A stretch of DNA of 49,760 nt from Alphaproteobacteria bacterium (lineage in GTDB: Bacteria; Pseudomonadota; Alphaproteobacteria; SMXQ01), in NCBI GenBank assembly GCA_029863585.1, contig JAOTVC010000003.1:1-49760 (forward strand), written 5' to 3'. The translations under genes and the position numbers were made by a program. Every line of letters starts with the position of its first letter. Within the stretch, counting starts at the first letter, position 1. Under the pieces are notes generated by a model, which saw nothing but the letters and a program-made list of their open reading frames with translations, did no database searches and had not been told where the DNA came from. This document shows, in pieces, positions 1 to 10,679 of this stretch.

Positions 1-954
1 TACGGCGAGGCGGCGGACCTCGCCCGCACCGAGGAGCACGGCACCATGGCCGGCGCCCGCCCCGACTGCGTTTCCCAGAAGGCCAAGGGGCGCCAGCGCA
101 AGGAGATGGGAACGCTCGGCTCGGGCAATCACTACCTGGAGGTGCAAAAGGTCGATCGCGTGTTCGACGAGGAAGCGGCCCGGGCCTTCAACATTGCCGA
201 GGGCGACGCCGTCGTCTCCATCCATTGCGGATCCCGCGGCCTGGGCCACCAGATCGGCACCGAGTTCCTGCGCGAGATGGTCGTGGCCGCACCCGCATTC
301 GGCATCGAGTTGCCCGACCGTGAGCTCGCCTGCGCGCCCATCCGATCGGAACTCGGCAGCCGCTACCTCGGAGCCATGCGGGCCGGGATCAATTGCGCCT
401 TGGCCAACCGCCAGATCATCACCCACATCACCCGGGAAACCTTCGCTAGGCGCCTGCCCAAGGCACGGCTGGAACTGCTCTACGACGTCTCGCACAACAC
501 CTGCAAGGTCGAACGCCACGGCACCGACGGCGCGGAGAAGGAGCTCTTCGTCCACCGCAAGGGCGCGACCCGGGCGCTGGGCCCGGGGCACCCCGATCTC
601 CCCGACGGCCTCAAGGCGGCGGGTCAGCCGGTGCTGATCGGCGGCTCCATGGGCACCGCATCCTACATCCTGGCGGGAACCGCGGAGAGCGAAGCCCGCG
701 CCTTCTGTTCCTCCTGCCACGGCGCCGGACGCGCCATGAGCCGCCATGCCGCGACCAAACGCTGGCGGGGACGCAAGCTGGTGGACGAGCTTGCCGCCCG
801 CGGGGTGCTCATTCGCAGTCCTTCCATGCGCGGGGTCGCAGAGGAAGCCCCCGGCGCCTACAAGGACGTCGGCGCGGTGGTCGAAGCGGCGGACCGGGCC
901 GGCCTCTCGCGCCTGGTGGCCCGGCTGGCGCCGATGATCTGCATCAAGGGCTGA
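1..954 (+). CDS. rtcB: RNA ligase RtcB, archaeal/eukaryote-like subtype (5' end outside window)
   Basis: Frame is open from base 1. Motifs GTLGSGNHYLE, HCGSRGLGHQI, YDVSHN, HRKGATRA and SSCHGAGR; C-terminal IKG. Confidence 0.95.
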   Translation, partial: YGEAADLARTEEHGTMAGARPDCVSQKAKGRQRKEMGTLGSGNHYLEVQKVDRVFDEEAARAFNIAEGDAVVSIHCGSRGLGHQIGTEFLREMVVAAPAFGIELPDRELACAPIRSELGSRYLGAMRAGINCALANRQIITHITRETFARRLPKARLELLYDVSHNTCKVERHGTDGAEKELFVHRKGATRALGPGHPDLPDGLKAAGQPVLIGGSMGTASYILAGTAESEARAFCSSCHGAGRAMSRHAATKRWRGRKLVDELAARGVLIRSPSMRGVAEEAPGAYKDVGAVVEAADRAGLSRLVARLAPMICIKG

Positions 955-958
955 GGCG

Positions 959-1708
959 ATGGCCGGTCCCGGCCGGGTGCGCATCGGCCTATCGGGGTGG
1001 AATTATCCGGCCTGGAAGGAAAGTTTTTACGCCGGCATCAAGCGCAAGGACTGGCTCTCCCACGCGGCAACGCGCTTCGAGACGATCGAGATCAACGCCA
1101 CGTTTTACCGCGAGCAGAAGCCCGTGACCCTGGAACGCTGGCGCGATACGACGCCGCCCGGCTTCGTGTTCGCCATCAAGGGCCACCGCTTTGTGACCCA
1201 CACCCTGCGCCTGTCGGATGCCGGGGCCGCGGTGAGCCGCCAACGGGACAACGCCCGCCCGCTGAGGCCCAAGCTGGCGGCGGTGCTGTGGCAGCTGCCC
1301 CCGGGGCTTAAGGCGGATCCCGGCCGCCTCTCCGATTTCCTCGACGCGCTCGGCACTTGGCCCGAGGCCCGCCATGCCATCGAGTTCCGCCATGAAAGCT
1401 GGTTCGCCCCTGCCACCCAGCGCCTGCTGGAAGACGCCGGCGTCGCCAACTGCATCTCCGATGCGGCCCGCTGGCCGCGCTGGGACGCGGTGACGGCGCC
1501 GCTGGTCTATCTGCGCCTGCACGGACGGCCCGAAACTTACGTCTCGGCCTATGGCCGCGCCGGGCTCAAGCCCTGGCGGGAGAGGATCGCGGGCTGGCGC
1601 GGCCAAGGCCGCGATGTACTCTGCTATTTCGACAACGACAGCGAAGGCGCCGCATTCGAGGATGCGGCCCTGCTCACCGGGCTCTGCACCGAGGGCGCGA
1701 CGTGTTAA
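959..1708 (+). CDS. DUF72 (YecE-like) TIM-barrel protein
   Basis: Motifs IGLSGWNY, EINATFY, LWQLPP, AIEFRH, YLRLHG and YFDND; starts 4 bp after rtcB. Confidence 0.92.
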   Translation: MAGPGRVRIGLSGWNYPAWKESFYAGIKRKDWLSHAATRFETIEINATFYREQKPVTLERWRDTTPPGFVFAIKGHRFVTHTLRLSDAGAAVSRQRDNARPLRPKLAAVLWQLPPGLKADPGRLSDFLDALGTWPEARHAIEFRHESWFAPATQRLLEDAGVANCISDAARWPRWDAVTAPLVYLRLHGRPETYVSAYGRAGLKPWRERIAGWRGQGRDVLCYFDNDSEGAAFEDAALLTGLCTEGATC

Positions 1709-1730
1709 GGCTTCGCCTCCCCGCCTCCGG

Positions 1731-2063
1731 TCAGCCGAACGGGCGGATCTTGCGCCCTTCGTCGAGCCGGGCGCAGCGCCCGTTCTCGTGAAGCTCCTTG
1801 GCCTTGCGGCTGGCGACGCTCTTCAGGGTGGTGAACCACATGGTCTTGAACGTCCGGCGGTCATCGGGCCGGTCGTCGACCACGGTGCACAGGCCCGTCG
1901 AGTTCCATTTAACCACGTAATAGGTGGGCGAATATTCCGGTGCCGAGGCGGCCCAAACGACGCCGCCGATGGTCACGACGCCCAGGCCGGCGGCGATGGA
2001 ATAGCGATAGTCCAAGACCTTCCGCCGGGCCTGTCCCGCGATCTCTGGCCAATTCAGCTGCAT
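1731..2063 (-). CDS. Small exported or membrane-anchored hypothetical protein
   Basis: 110-aa ORF filling the intergenic gap, with a hydrophobic segment (IAAGLGVVTIGGVVWAA), YYVVK..CTVVDDRP and a second Cys. Confidence 0.7.
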   Translation of the reverse strand: MQLNWPEIAGQARRKVLDYRYSIAAGLGVVTIGGVVWAASAPEYSPTYYVVKWNSTGLCTVVDDRPDDRRTFKTMWFTTLKSVASRKAKELHENGRCARLDEGRKIRPFG

Positions 2064-2260
2064 GTGAAACCCCTACGCGTGATGGCTGCTAATCCCCGGC
2101 GCGCATTATAGGGAGATCGCCTTTCGGTGCCGCTTCAATCGTCTGCAATTTGTCTTAAAACCCCGTAAGGGGCCGGGCACCCCGGAATCCGGGCCTCGGC
2201 GCAAGATCCGGCGGCCAAACGCATTGTGTCTGGGTAAAGAACCTTTTAAAAAGTCTGCCC

Positions 2261-2956
2261 ATGACCATGACGCTGACAGGCCGCACCGCGGAACAAGAGG
2301 CCGCCGCAAAGGACACCGCCAGGATCCTTCTCGACATCGGAGCCGTGAATTTCCGGCCCGAGGAGCCCTATATCCTCACCTCCGGCCGGGCCAGCCCGGT
2401 CTATATCGACTGCCGCCGGCTGATCTCCTACCCGGAGGAGCGGGACCGCATCATCGGCTACGCGGCCCGGGCGATCGCGGAGGCGGGATCGGAAAAGGCG
2501 GTCGACGCGGTGGCCGGGGGCGAGACCGCCGGCATCCCCTATGCCGCATGGATTTCGCATCAGATGGGCCTGCCCATGCTGTATGTGCGCAAGCAACCCA
2601 AGGGGTTCGCGCGCATGGCACAGATCGAGGGCGACATGGCGGAAGGGTCCCACGTCCTCCTGGTCGAGGACATGGCCACCGACGGCGGTTCCAAGATCAA
2701 TTTCATCAACGCCATCCGCAAGGCCGGCGGCAGCGTCGATCGCGTCTTCGTGGTGTTCTATTACGGCATCTTCCCGGAAGCGCTGGAGGCGCTGGAGGAT
2801 CTCGGCGTGAAGCTGGTGTGGCTCGCGGTCTGGGCCGACATCATCGACGCCGCCGAAGAGACCGGCGCCTATCCGCCGGAAAAGATCGCCGCCGTCCGCG
2901 CCTATCTCGACGATCCCCACGGCTGGTCCGCGAGCCACGGCGGCAAGGGCGACTGA
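2261..2956 (+). CDS. pyrE: Orotate phosphoribosyltransferase
   Basis: Motifs LTSGRASPVYIDCR and YVRKQPKGF; PRPP motif LLVEDMATDGGS. Confidence 0.95.
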   Translation: MTMTLTGRTAEQEAAAKDTARILLDIGAVNFRPEEPYILTSGRASPVYIDCRRLISYPEERDRIIGYAARAIAEAGSEKAVDAVAGGETAGIPYAAWISHQMGLPMLYVRKQPKGFARMAQIEGDMAEGSHVLLVEDMATDGGSKINFINAIRKAGGSVDRVFVVFYYGIFPEALEALEDLGVKLVWLAVWADIIDAAEETGAYPPEKIAAVRAYLDDPHGWSASHGGKGD

Positions 2957-2989
2957 TCGGGCCCGGGTCTGGGGGCGCGGCGGCGAGCG

Positions 2990-4681
2990 ATGGCGATGAG
3001 ATTCCCGACCTTGACCCGTTTGGCCCTGATCCTGGGGACGGCACTGGGCCTCGGCCTCGCCGGCTGCGACGACAAGACCCAGAGCCGCGATACCCTGGTC
3101 ATCGGCATGACCCAGTATCCGGCGACGCTCAACCCCAACATCGAATCGATGCTGGCCAAGACCTACGTCCTGGCCATGACGCGCCGGCCCTTCACCCATC
3201 ACGATCCCGGCTGGCAACTGATCTGCGCCCTGTGCGAGACCCTGCCGACCCTGGAGAACGGCCTGGCGGTGCCCGAATCCCTGCCCAATGGAAAGAAGGG
3301 GATCGCCGTCACCTACACCATCAAGCAGGGCGCCAAATGGGGCGACGGCACGCCGGTCACCACCAAGGACGTCGAGTTTACCTATGAGGTCGGCAAGCAC
3401 CCGGCGAGCGGCGTCGCCGATGGCGAGCTCTACCGCCGCATCCTCAAGATCGACGTCAAGGACGCGCGCACCTTCACCCTGCATCTCGACCGGCTGACTT
3501 TCGATTACAACTCCATCAACACCTTCCAGGTGCTGCCCGCCCATATCGAGCGCGCCAATTTCAAGGACCCCAAGGAATACCGCCAACGCACCGCCTACGA
3601 CACCGACACCACCAATCCCGGGCTCTATTTCGGCCCCTACCGCATCACCAAGAAGGAGACCGGCTCGCGCATCATCCTGGAGCCCAACCCGACCTGGTGG
3701 GGCAAGAAGCCGTATTTCAAGAAGATCGTCGTCCAAATCATCGAGAAGACCGCGGCGCTCGAGGCCAACCTGCTGTCGGGCTCGATCGGCTACATCGCCG
3801 GCGAACTGGGGCTGCTGGTCGACCAGGGGCTGGCCTTCGAGAAACGCCACGGCAAGAATTTCGATATCGAATTCAAGCCCAGCCTGGTCTACGAGCATAT
3901 CGACCTCAATCTGGAAAACCCGTTTCTGAAGGACCGGCGGGTGCGCCGGGCGCTGATCCTGGCGCTGGACCGCGACGAGCTGTCCAAGAAGCTGTTCGAA
4001 GGACGCCAGCCGGTCGCCGATTCCTTCGTCCATCCCCTCGACTGGGTGCATTCCAAGGACACGCCGCGCTACGCCTTCGATCCCAAGAAAGCGGCGGACC
4101 TGCTGGATGCGGCAGGCTGGGCCAAGCGCGACGGGGAAGGCTTCCGCGTCAACGGCGACGGCAAGCGGCTGACCTTCGAGCTGATGACCACCGCCGGCAG
4201 CCGCACGAGGGAGCTCGTCCAGCAGATCCTGCAAAGCCAATGGCGCAAGGCGGGCATCGACATCCGGATCCGCAACGAACCCGCCCGGGTCTATTTCGGC
4301 GAGACCGTCACCAAGCGTAAGTTCAAGGCCATGGCCATGTTCGCCTGGCTGTCGGCGCCGGAAAGCGTGCCGCGCCTGACCCTGCATTCAGATCAGATCA
4401 CCACGGCGGCGAACAACTGGTCGGGCCAGAATTACACCAGCTACAAGAACCCGGAGGTCGACAAGCTGCTCGATGCCATCGAGGTCGAGCTCGACCGCGA
4501 CAAGCGGGCCCGGCTGTGGGCGCGGCTGCAGAAGATCTACGCCGAGGACCTGCCGGTGTTGCCCCTTTACTTCCGCGCCGACCCGTTCATCATCCCGAAA
4601 TGGCTGAAAGGCATCAAACCCACCGGCCACCAGGACCCGACGACGCTTTGGGTCGAGCACTGGCACGCCGCCACCCCCTGA
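2990..4681 (+). CDS. Peptide/nickel ABC transporter substrate-binding lipoprotein (family 5)
   Basis: Lipobox LAGC; motifs KWGDGTPVT, GPY, DRRVRRAL and EDLPVLPLY. Confidence 0.93.
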   Translation: MAMRFPTLTRLALILGTALGLGLAGCDDKTQSRDTLVIGMTQYPATLNPNIESMLAKTYVLAMTRRPFTHHDPGWQLICALCETLPTLENGLAVPESLPNGKKGIAVTYTIKQGAKWGDGTPVTTKDVEFTYEVGKHPASGVADGELYRRILKIDVKDARTFTLHLDRLTFDYNSINTFQVLPAHIERANFKDPKEYRQRTAYDTDTTNPGLYFGPYRITKKETGSRIILEPNPTWWGKKPYFKKIVVQIIEKTAALEANLLSGSIGYIAGELGLLVDQGLAFEKRHGKNFDIEFKPSLVYEHIDLNLENPFLKDRRVRRALILALDRDELSKKLFEGRQPVADSFVHPLDWVHSKDTPRYAFDPKKAADLLDAAGWAKRDGEGFRVNGDGKRLTFELMTTAGSRTRELVQQILQSQWRKAGIDIRIRNEPARVYFGETVTKRKFKAMAMFAWLSAPESVPRLTLHSDQITTAANNWSGQNYTSYKNPEVDKLLDAIEVELDRDKRARLWARLQKIYAEDLPVLPLYFRADPFIIPKWLKGIKPTGHQDPTTLWVEHWHAATP

Positions 4682-4724
4682 GCCGGGGCGCGGGGCCGCT
4701 GCCGTCGCGCCGCGGCAAGCGGTC

Positions 4725-5728
4725 ATGAGCGCAGACGCGCTTGCGCCCATGGGCGACGGCAAACCGGTGCTCGACGTCCGCGACCTCGCCGTCACCTTCC
4801 CCAGCGAAGACGGGCCGCTCCACGCGGTTGCCGGGATCAGCTACCGCATCGAGGCGGGCCGCACCCTCGGCGTGGTCGGCGAATCGGGCTGCGGCAAGTC
4901 GATGACGGCGCTCGCCATCCTGGGGCTGGTGCCGCCGCCGGGACGGATCAGCGGCGGCACGGTGCGCGTCGGCGACCTGGAGGTGACGGCGCTGGCCGAG
5001 GATCAGCTTGCCGCGATCCGGGGCGAGCGCGTCTCCATGGTGTTCCAGGAACCGATGACGGCGCTCAACCCGGTGATGACCGTGGGCGAACAGATCGCCG
5101 AGGCCTGGACCCTGCACCGCGAGGGCAGCGCGGCGGAGGCGCGCGCGGCGGCGCTTCACATGATCGAACGGGTGCGCATCCCCGATCCCCGGCGGCGCTT
5201 TGACGACTATCCCCACCACATGTCGGGCGGCATGCGCCAGCGGGCGATGATCGCCATGGCACTGGCATGCGAACCCGATCTGCTGATCGCCGACGAGCCG
5301 ACCACGGCGCTCGACGTCACCATCCAGGCCCAGATCATCGAGCTGATGATGGAGATGCAGGCCGAGCTCGGCATGGCGATCCAGTTCATCAGCCATAACC
5401 TGGGGGTGGTGTCGGAGATCGCCGACGACGTCGCGGTGATGTATGCCGGGCGCATCGTGGAAATGGGCACCGCCGCCCAGATCTTCGCCGCCCCGCGCCA
5501 TCCCTATACCAGCGCCCTGATGGAGACCATCCCGCGCTTGGGCGCCCGGGTGGGCCGCCTGCCGGCGATTCCCGGCGCCGTGCCGGACCTCCGCGCTCTC
5601 CCATTGGGCTGCCCGTTTTCCGACCGCTGCCCCTTGGCCGACACCGGATGCCGCGCCGCCCTGCCGCCGCTTGCCGATCAGGGCGGCGGCCATCTCGCCG
5701 CCTGCTTCAAGGCGGGTGAGAGCGCGCC

Positions 5729-5732
<4 letters not shown>
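4725..5732 (+). CDS. Oligopeptide/dipeptide ABC transporter ATP-binding subunit (OppD/DppD-like)
   Basis: Walker [27 protein letters not shown] and C-terminal GCPFSDRC. Confidence 0.95.
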
Positions 5733-6771
<1,039 letters not shown>

Positions 6772-6775
<4 letters not shown>

Positions 6776-7746
6776 GCCGCTACGTCGCCGGCCGGCTGGT
6801 GGAATCGCTGGTGGTGCTGGTCATCATGTCGTTCGTGATCTACGCCCTGATCGGACTGATGCCGGGCGATCCCATCGACCTGATGATCAAGTCGGACCCC
6901 AGGCTGACGCCCGAGGACGCCGCCCGTCTGCGCGCCGTTTACGGCTTGGACAAGCCCTTGACCGAACGCTACCTGAGCTGGGCGGCGGCGGCGCTTTCCG
7001 GCGATTTCGGCAATTCGCGGCTCTATGCGCGCCCGGTGCTGGACGTGATGCCGGGGTTCCTGCTGAACACTCTCAACCTGATGGGCATCTCCTTCGTGAT
7101 CTCCGTCGCCATCGCCGTGCCGGTCGGCATCTATGCCGCCCTGCGCCAGCAGACGGCGGCGGATTACGTCATCAACCTGGCCTGCTTCGCCGGCATCTCG
7201 GTGCCGATCTTCTGGCTGGCCCTGATGCTGATCATCGTCTTCGCGGTGCTGATCCCGGTGCTGCCGGCCTCGGGTGTCTCGTCCATCGGCGGCGGCGACA
7301 TCCTGGACCGGGCGCGTCACCTGGTGCTGCCGGTGATCACCCTCACGGTCTTTTCGGTCGGCTCCTACACCCGCTTCATGCGCGCCGCCACCATCGAAGT
7401 CATGCGCCAGGATTACATCCGCACCGCCTTCGCCAAGGGCGCCGACAGGCAGCGCGTGGTGGTTCATCACGCGCTGCGCAACGCCATGCTGCCGGTGGTG
7501 ACCATCGTGGCGCTGTCTTTCGGGACCCTGTTCTCCGGCGCGCTGATCACCGAAACCATGTTCGCCTATCCCGGCATGGGCAAGCTGATCTTCGATTCGG
7601 TCATGGGCAACGACTTCAACATGGCCCTGGTGACGCTGCTGTTCGCGACATTGGTGACGCTGCTCGCCAATCTCGGCGCCGATCTCGCCTATGCCTGGCT
7701 CGATCCCCGAATCTCCTACGGCGGCGGCGGGGGACGCGGGCGATGA
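6772..7746 (+). CDS. Peptide ABC transporter permease (OppB/DppB-like)
   Basis: Multiple TM segments; motifs MPGDP, DYIRTAFAKG..HALRNA and TETMFAYPGMG. Confidence 0.95.
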
Positions 7747-8681
7747 GCGCGCTGCACGAGACCGCCCGCCCGGCCGCGCGCGGCCCGCGCACCGTCTGGG
7801 GGCTGCTGTTGCGGCGCCTGCTGGGCCACCAGCTGGCGGTGGGCTCGGCGGCCTTCCTGGTGATCCTGGGCTGCCTCGCGATCCTGACACCGGTCATAGA
7901 GGCGGGCCTGGGGGTCGAGGCCAACGCCGTGGACCTGACCCAGCGGTTTGCCGGCCCCACCGCCGGCCATTGGCTCGGCACCGACGAACTCGGTCGCGAC
8001 CTGCTCGCCCGGCTCCTATACGGCGGCCAGGTCTCGCTGTTCGTCGGCATCGTCGCGGCGCTGGCCTCCGCCGTGATCGGCACCCTGATCGGCCTGCCGG
8101 CGGGCTATTACGGCGGCCGGCTCGATGCCGTCCTGATGCGGTTGACCGACGGGGTCATCGCCCTGCCCCTGCTGCCGCTTCTGATCGTGCTGGCGGCGCT
8201 CGACCTCAACAAGCTGGGCCTGCCCGAGGCACTGGTCAATGACCCCAATGTCAGCCTCTACCGGATGATCGTGATCATTTCCCTGGTGGGCTGGACCACG
8301 GTGGCCCGCCTGGTGCGGGGCGCTGCCCTCAGTCTGCGTGAACGGGAATACGTGCTGGCCGCGACCGCGGCGGGGGCCGGGGGCATGCGCATCATGGCGG
8401 TGCACATCCTGCCCAACGTGGTCTCGCCCATCATCGTCGCCACCACGCTCTCGGTCGGCAACGTGATCCTTCTGGAATCGGTCCTAAGCTTCCTCGGCCT
8501 CGGCATCCAGCCACCGATCGCGAGTTGGGGCAACATGCTGACCGGCGCCCAGGAGCTGATCTGGAGCGCACCGGTTCTGGCCTTCTATCCCGGCATGCTG
8601 ATTTTCGTGACGGTGATCGCCTTCAACTTCCTCGGCGACGGGCTGCAGGACGCCCTGGACCCCCGCGCCATCGAGGGCTGA
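7743..8681 (+). CDS. Peptide ABC transporter permease (OppC/DppC-like)
   Basis: Start moved to ATG 7743 (ATGA overlap) within the 6546..8681 ORF. Motifs HWLGTDELGRD, REYVLAA, HILPN and LSFLGLG. Confidence 0.95.
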   Translation: MSALHETARPAARGPRTVWGLLLRRLLGHQLAVGSAAFLVILGCLAILTPVIEAGLGVEANAVDLTQRFAGPTAGHWLGTDELGRDLLARLLYGGQVSLFVGIVAALASAVIGTLIGLPAGYYGGRLDAVLMRLTDGVIALPLLPLLIVLAALDLNKLGLPEALVNDPNVSLYRMIVIISLVGWTTVARLVRGAALSLREREYVLAATAAGAGGMRIMAVHILPNVVSPIIVATTLSVGNVILLESVLSFLGLGIQPPIASWGNMLTGAQELIWSAPVLAFYPGMLIFVTVIAFNFLGDGLQDALDPRAIEG

Positions 8682-8792
8682 CGGGCCGCCCCGGAGCGGT
8701 CTGGGGGGCATTGAACCGCTTGACCAGGACGGCGTCGGCGACGGCGGCCATGGCCAAAAGCGCGGTCGAATGAGATTCGGCATTCTGACCCG

Positions 8793-8820
8793 ATGACCGC
8801 CTTTGACCCGAGGCGGACAT
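8793..8820 (+). repeat. 28-bp palindromic site, copy 1: ATGACCGCCTT|TGACCC|GAGGCGGACAT
   Basis: Outer 10-bp arms are inverted repeats with one mismatch; 26/28 identical to the copy at 10767. Confidence 0.9.
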
Positions 8821-8856
8821 TGGGATCCCGATGAAATGTGGACCTTATCGCCCCTT

Positions 8857-9606
8857 TTATCGAGGGTTCCGAGTCAACGGCACGAATCGAACGGCGATGA
8901 CCTTACGGCGCACCATTCGCCCGCTGCGATCCTTCTCAAGAACGATGAGAGACTGATGGCCCAGAGCATCTTCCAGGGGCATGACCAAGCGCCCACCCGG
9001 CTTCAGCTGGGCAATCAGGGGCGGCGGGACCTCCTTAGGCGCGGCGGTCACCACAATGCCATCGAAGGGGGCGTGCTGCGGCCATCCCTTATAGCCATCC
9101 CCCGCCCGGACGGTCACATTGGCGTAGCCGAGACGCGCCAGGTCGGCAGCGGCGCGGCGGGCCAGCCCCTCGACGATCTCGATGGTGTAGACATGGCCCA
9201 CGAGAAGCGACAAGACCGCCGCCTGATAGCCCGACCCGGTTCCCACCTCAAGCACCACGTCCTTTGGACCCGGTTGGAGAAGCTCGGTCATCAAGGCGAC
9301 GATGTAGGGCTGGGATATGGTCTGCCCATGGCCGATGGGCAGCGGACGGTCGGCATACGCGGAAGACCGAAGACGCTCCGGGACTAGCATGTGGCGGGGC
9401 ACCGACGCCATCGAGGCCAGCACCCGCGGAGAAATCCGCCCACCGGGGGCGCCGGACCCGGGCTGGATGGCATGGGCGCGCACGGTCTCAACCATTCGTG
9501 CCCGTTCCTTGGCGAAATCCGGCGCCTCGCTGGCGCCACAGGAAACGGTGAATGGCGCGACGGCCCATACAATGCACTTCAGAACCCGTCGCGAAAAGCT
9601 CCTCAT
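8857..9606 (-). CDS. pcm: Protein-L-isoaspartate O-methyltransferase
   Basis: Motifs VPRH, AYADRPLPIGHGQTISQP, VLEVGTGSGYQ, APFDGIVVTAA and VRFVPL. ATG 9606 is preferred over the 9774 ORF start; the start is uncertain. Confidence 0.93.
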   Translation of the reverse strand: MRSFSRRVLKCIVWAVAPFTVSCGASEAPDFAKERARMVETVRAHAIQPGSGAPGGRISPRVLASMASVPRHMLVPERLRSSAYADRPLPIGHGQTISQPYIVALMTELLQPGPKDVVLEVGTGSGYQAAVLSLLVGHVYTIEIVEGLARRAAADLARLGYANVTVRAGDGYKGWPQHAPFDGIVVTAAPKEVPPPLIAQLKPGGRLVMPLEDALGHQSLIVLEKDRSGRMVRRKVIAVRFVPLTRNPR

Positions 9607-9731
9607 GGCCGCACCTATGTAAATCGCTTTCCATTCACTGCATGCAAACAGCCTGCCCCGAACGGCTGGTCTAGTTCGCATGTTAGTCGAGGGGGAACTT
9701 GGGGAAAGGCCAAATTCGGCTGACGCCTCCA

Positions 9732-9759
9732 ATATTCTCTTGTCCGCAAACGCGGACGT
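9732..9759 (+). repeat. Degenerate 28-bp site, copy 2: ATATTCTCTTGTCCGCAAACGCGGACGT
   Basis: Retains the right arm GCGGACGT and contains the hairpin GTCCGC-AAAC-GCGGAC. Left arm and spacer are divergent. Lies between two cargo units. Confidence 0.45.
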
Positions 9760-9826
9760 TAGAGGCCGCATCATGGGACCCTCTCAGAACCATGGATACC
9801 CAATTGCGATGGCAGGACCCAGATTA

Positions 9827-9867
9827 ATATTGACAATTAATTTGTCAATATGACATGTTAGTTGTCG
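9827..9867. promoter_or_regulatory. Tandem TGACA-N7-TGTC[AG] operators overlapping a TTGACA hexamer upstream of the MarR gene
   Basis: Perfect 10-bp inverted repeat ATATTGACAA-N5-TTGTCAATAT (9827-9851). A second copy, TGACA-TGTTAGT-TGTCG (9851-9867), starts 20 bp after the first TGACA. Confidence 0.75.
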
Positions 9868-9891
9868 ATAACAACAGGCGTGGGATGGTCT

Positions 9892-10371
9892 ATGAAATCT
9901 CAGCAGATCGAAGCCTTTTATCCGCTTTCAAGATCGGTGCGGTCGCTGTTCCACAAATTAGCGGCAGCGGCGGAGGCGCTCCATGAAGGAAGCGGCATTT
10001 CGACAGGAATGCGCGCTGTTCTTGAAAACGTCGTTGAGCGTGGGCCCATGACGGTGCCCGAAATGGCCCGCATGCGACCGGTTTCCCGGCAGCACATCCA
10101 GGCCCTTGTGAACGACCTCTTGGCTTTAGGCCTGGTCGGCTATCAGGACAACCCAGCCCACCGGAGATCGAAGCTCGTCAGGGCAACCGAAAAAGGGCAG
10201 GAAGCGTTTTCGGCTCTCAAGAGACGGGAATTCTCAGCCCTAAATCGTCTCGCGAGCGAAATTTCGCCTGCGGCTTTGCAGCAGGCGGACCGCGTACTTA
10301 CGGAACTGATCAGCGCATTCGATAGCGCTCAATGGCACGCCATCACCAAAGAGTTTTCCCCCAAGAGTTAA
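9892..10371 (+). CDS. MarR-family transcriptional regulator
   Basis: wHTH GPMTVPEMARMRPVSRQHIQALVNDL and wing DNPAHRRSKLVRATEKG. Confidence 0.9.
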   Translation: MKSQQIEAFYPLSRSVRSLFHKLAAAAEALHEGSGISTGMRAVLENVVERGPMTVPEMARMRPVSRQHIQALVNDLLALGLVGYQDNPAHRRSKLVRATEKGQEAFSALKRREFSALNRLASEISPAALQQADRVLTELISAFDSAQWHAITKEFSPKS

Positions 10372-10382
10372 GGAGAAGCACC

Positions 10383-10649
10383 ATGGAAAACGAACGTCAA
10401 AATCCCCTGCGCCTGCAGGGCTCTCGCTTTCGGCACTATGCCCTTGAAGGCGCAAAAATCATTGGAATTACGATCGGTCTTGCGTTTCTGGTTTTGGCCT
10501 CTTGGAACATGTTTGCGCCTGACATGTTCGGCCTGGAGCCCATTCGGATGAAGCAAGCGCTTGGCCTCGTGATCTTTACCGGCGTCTTCGCCGGGCTTCT
10601 ACGGTTTGGACACCGCTCGCGGTCTAACAGGGCCTCTCAAGGGGGCTAG
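10383..10649 (+). CDS. Small two-TM membrane protein
   Basis: AAGGAG RBS before ATG 10383; two hydrophobic helices; follows marR and precedes a terminator. Confidence 0.75.
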   Translation: MENERQNPLRLQGSRFRHYALEGAKIIGITIGLAFLVLASWNMFAPDMFGLEPIRMKQALGLVIFTGVFAGLLRFGHRSRSNRASQGG

Positions 10650-10679
10650 CGCCGCTGCCTGACAGTGGATACCGAATGC

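Noticed and set aside
2246-4387. Long antisense ORFs (also 36721..38874, 40946..43117 and 19762..21267)
   Set aside because: These are typical stop-poor antisense shadows of high-GC genes, with no recognisable motifs.
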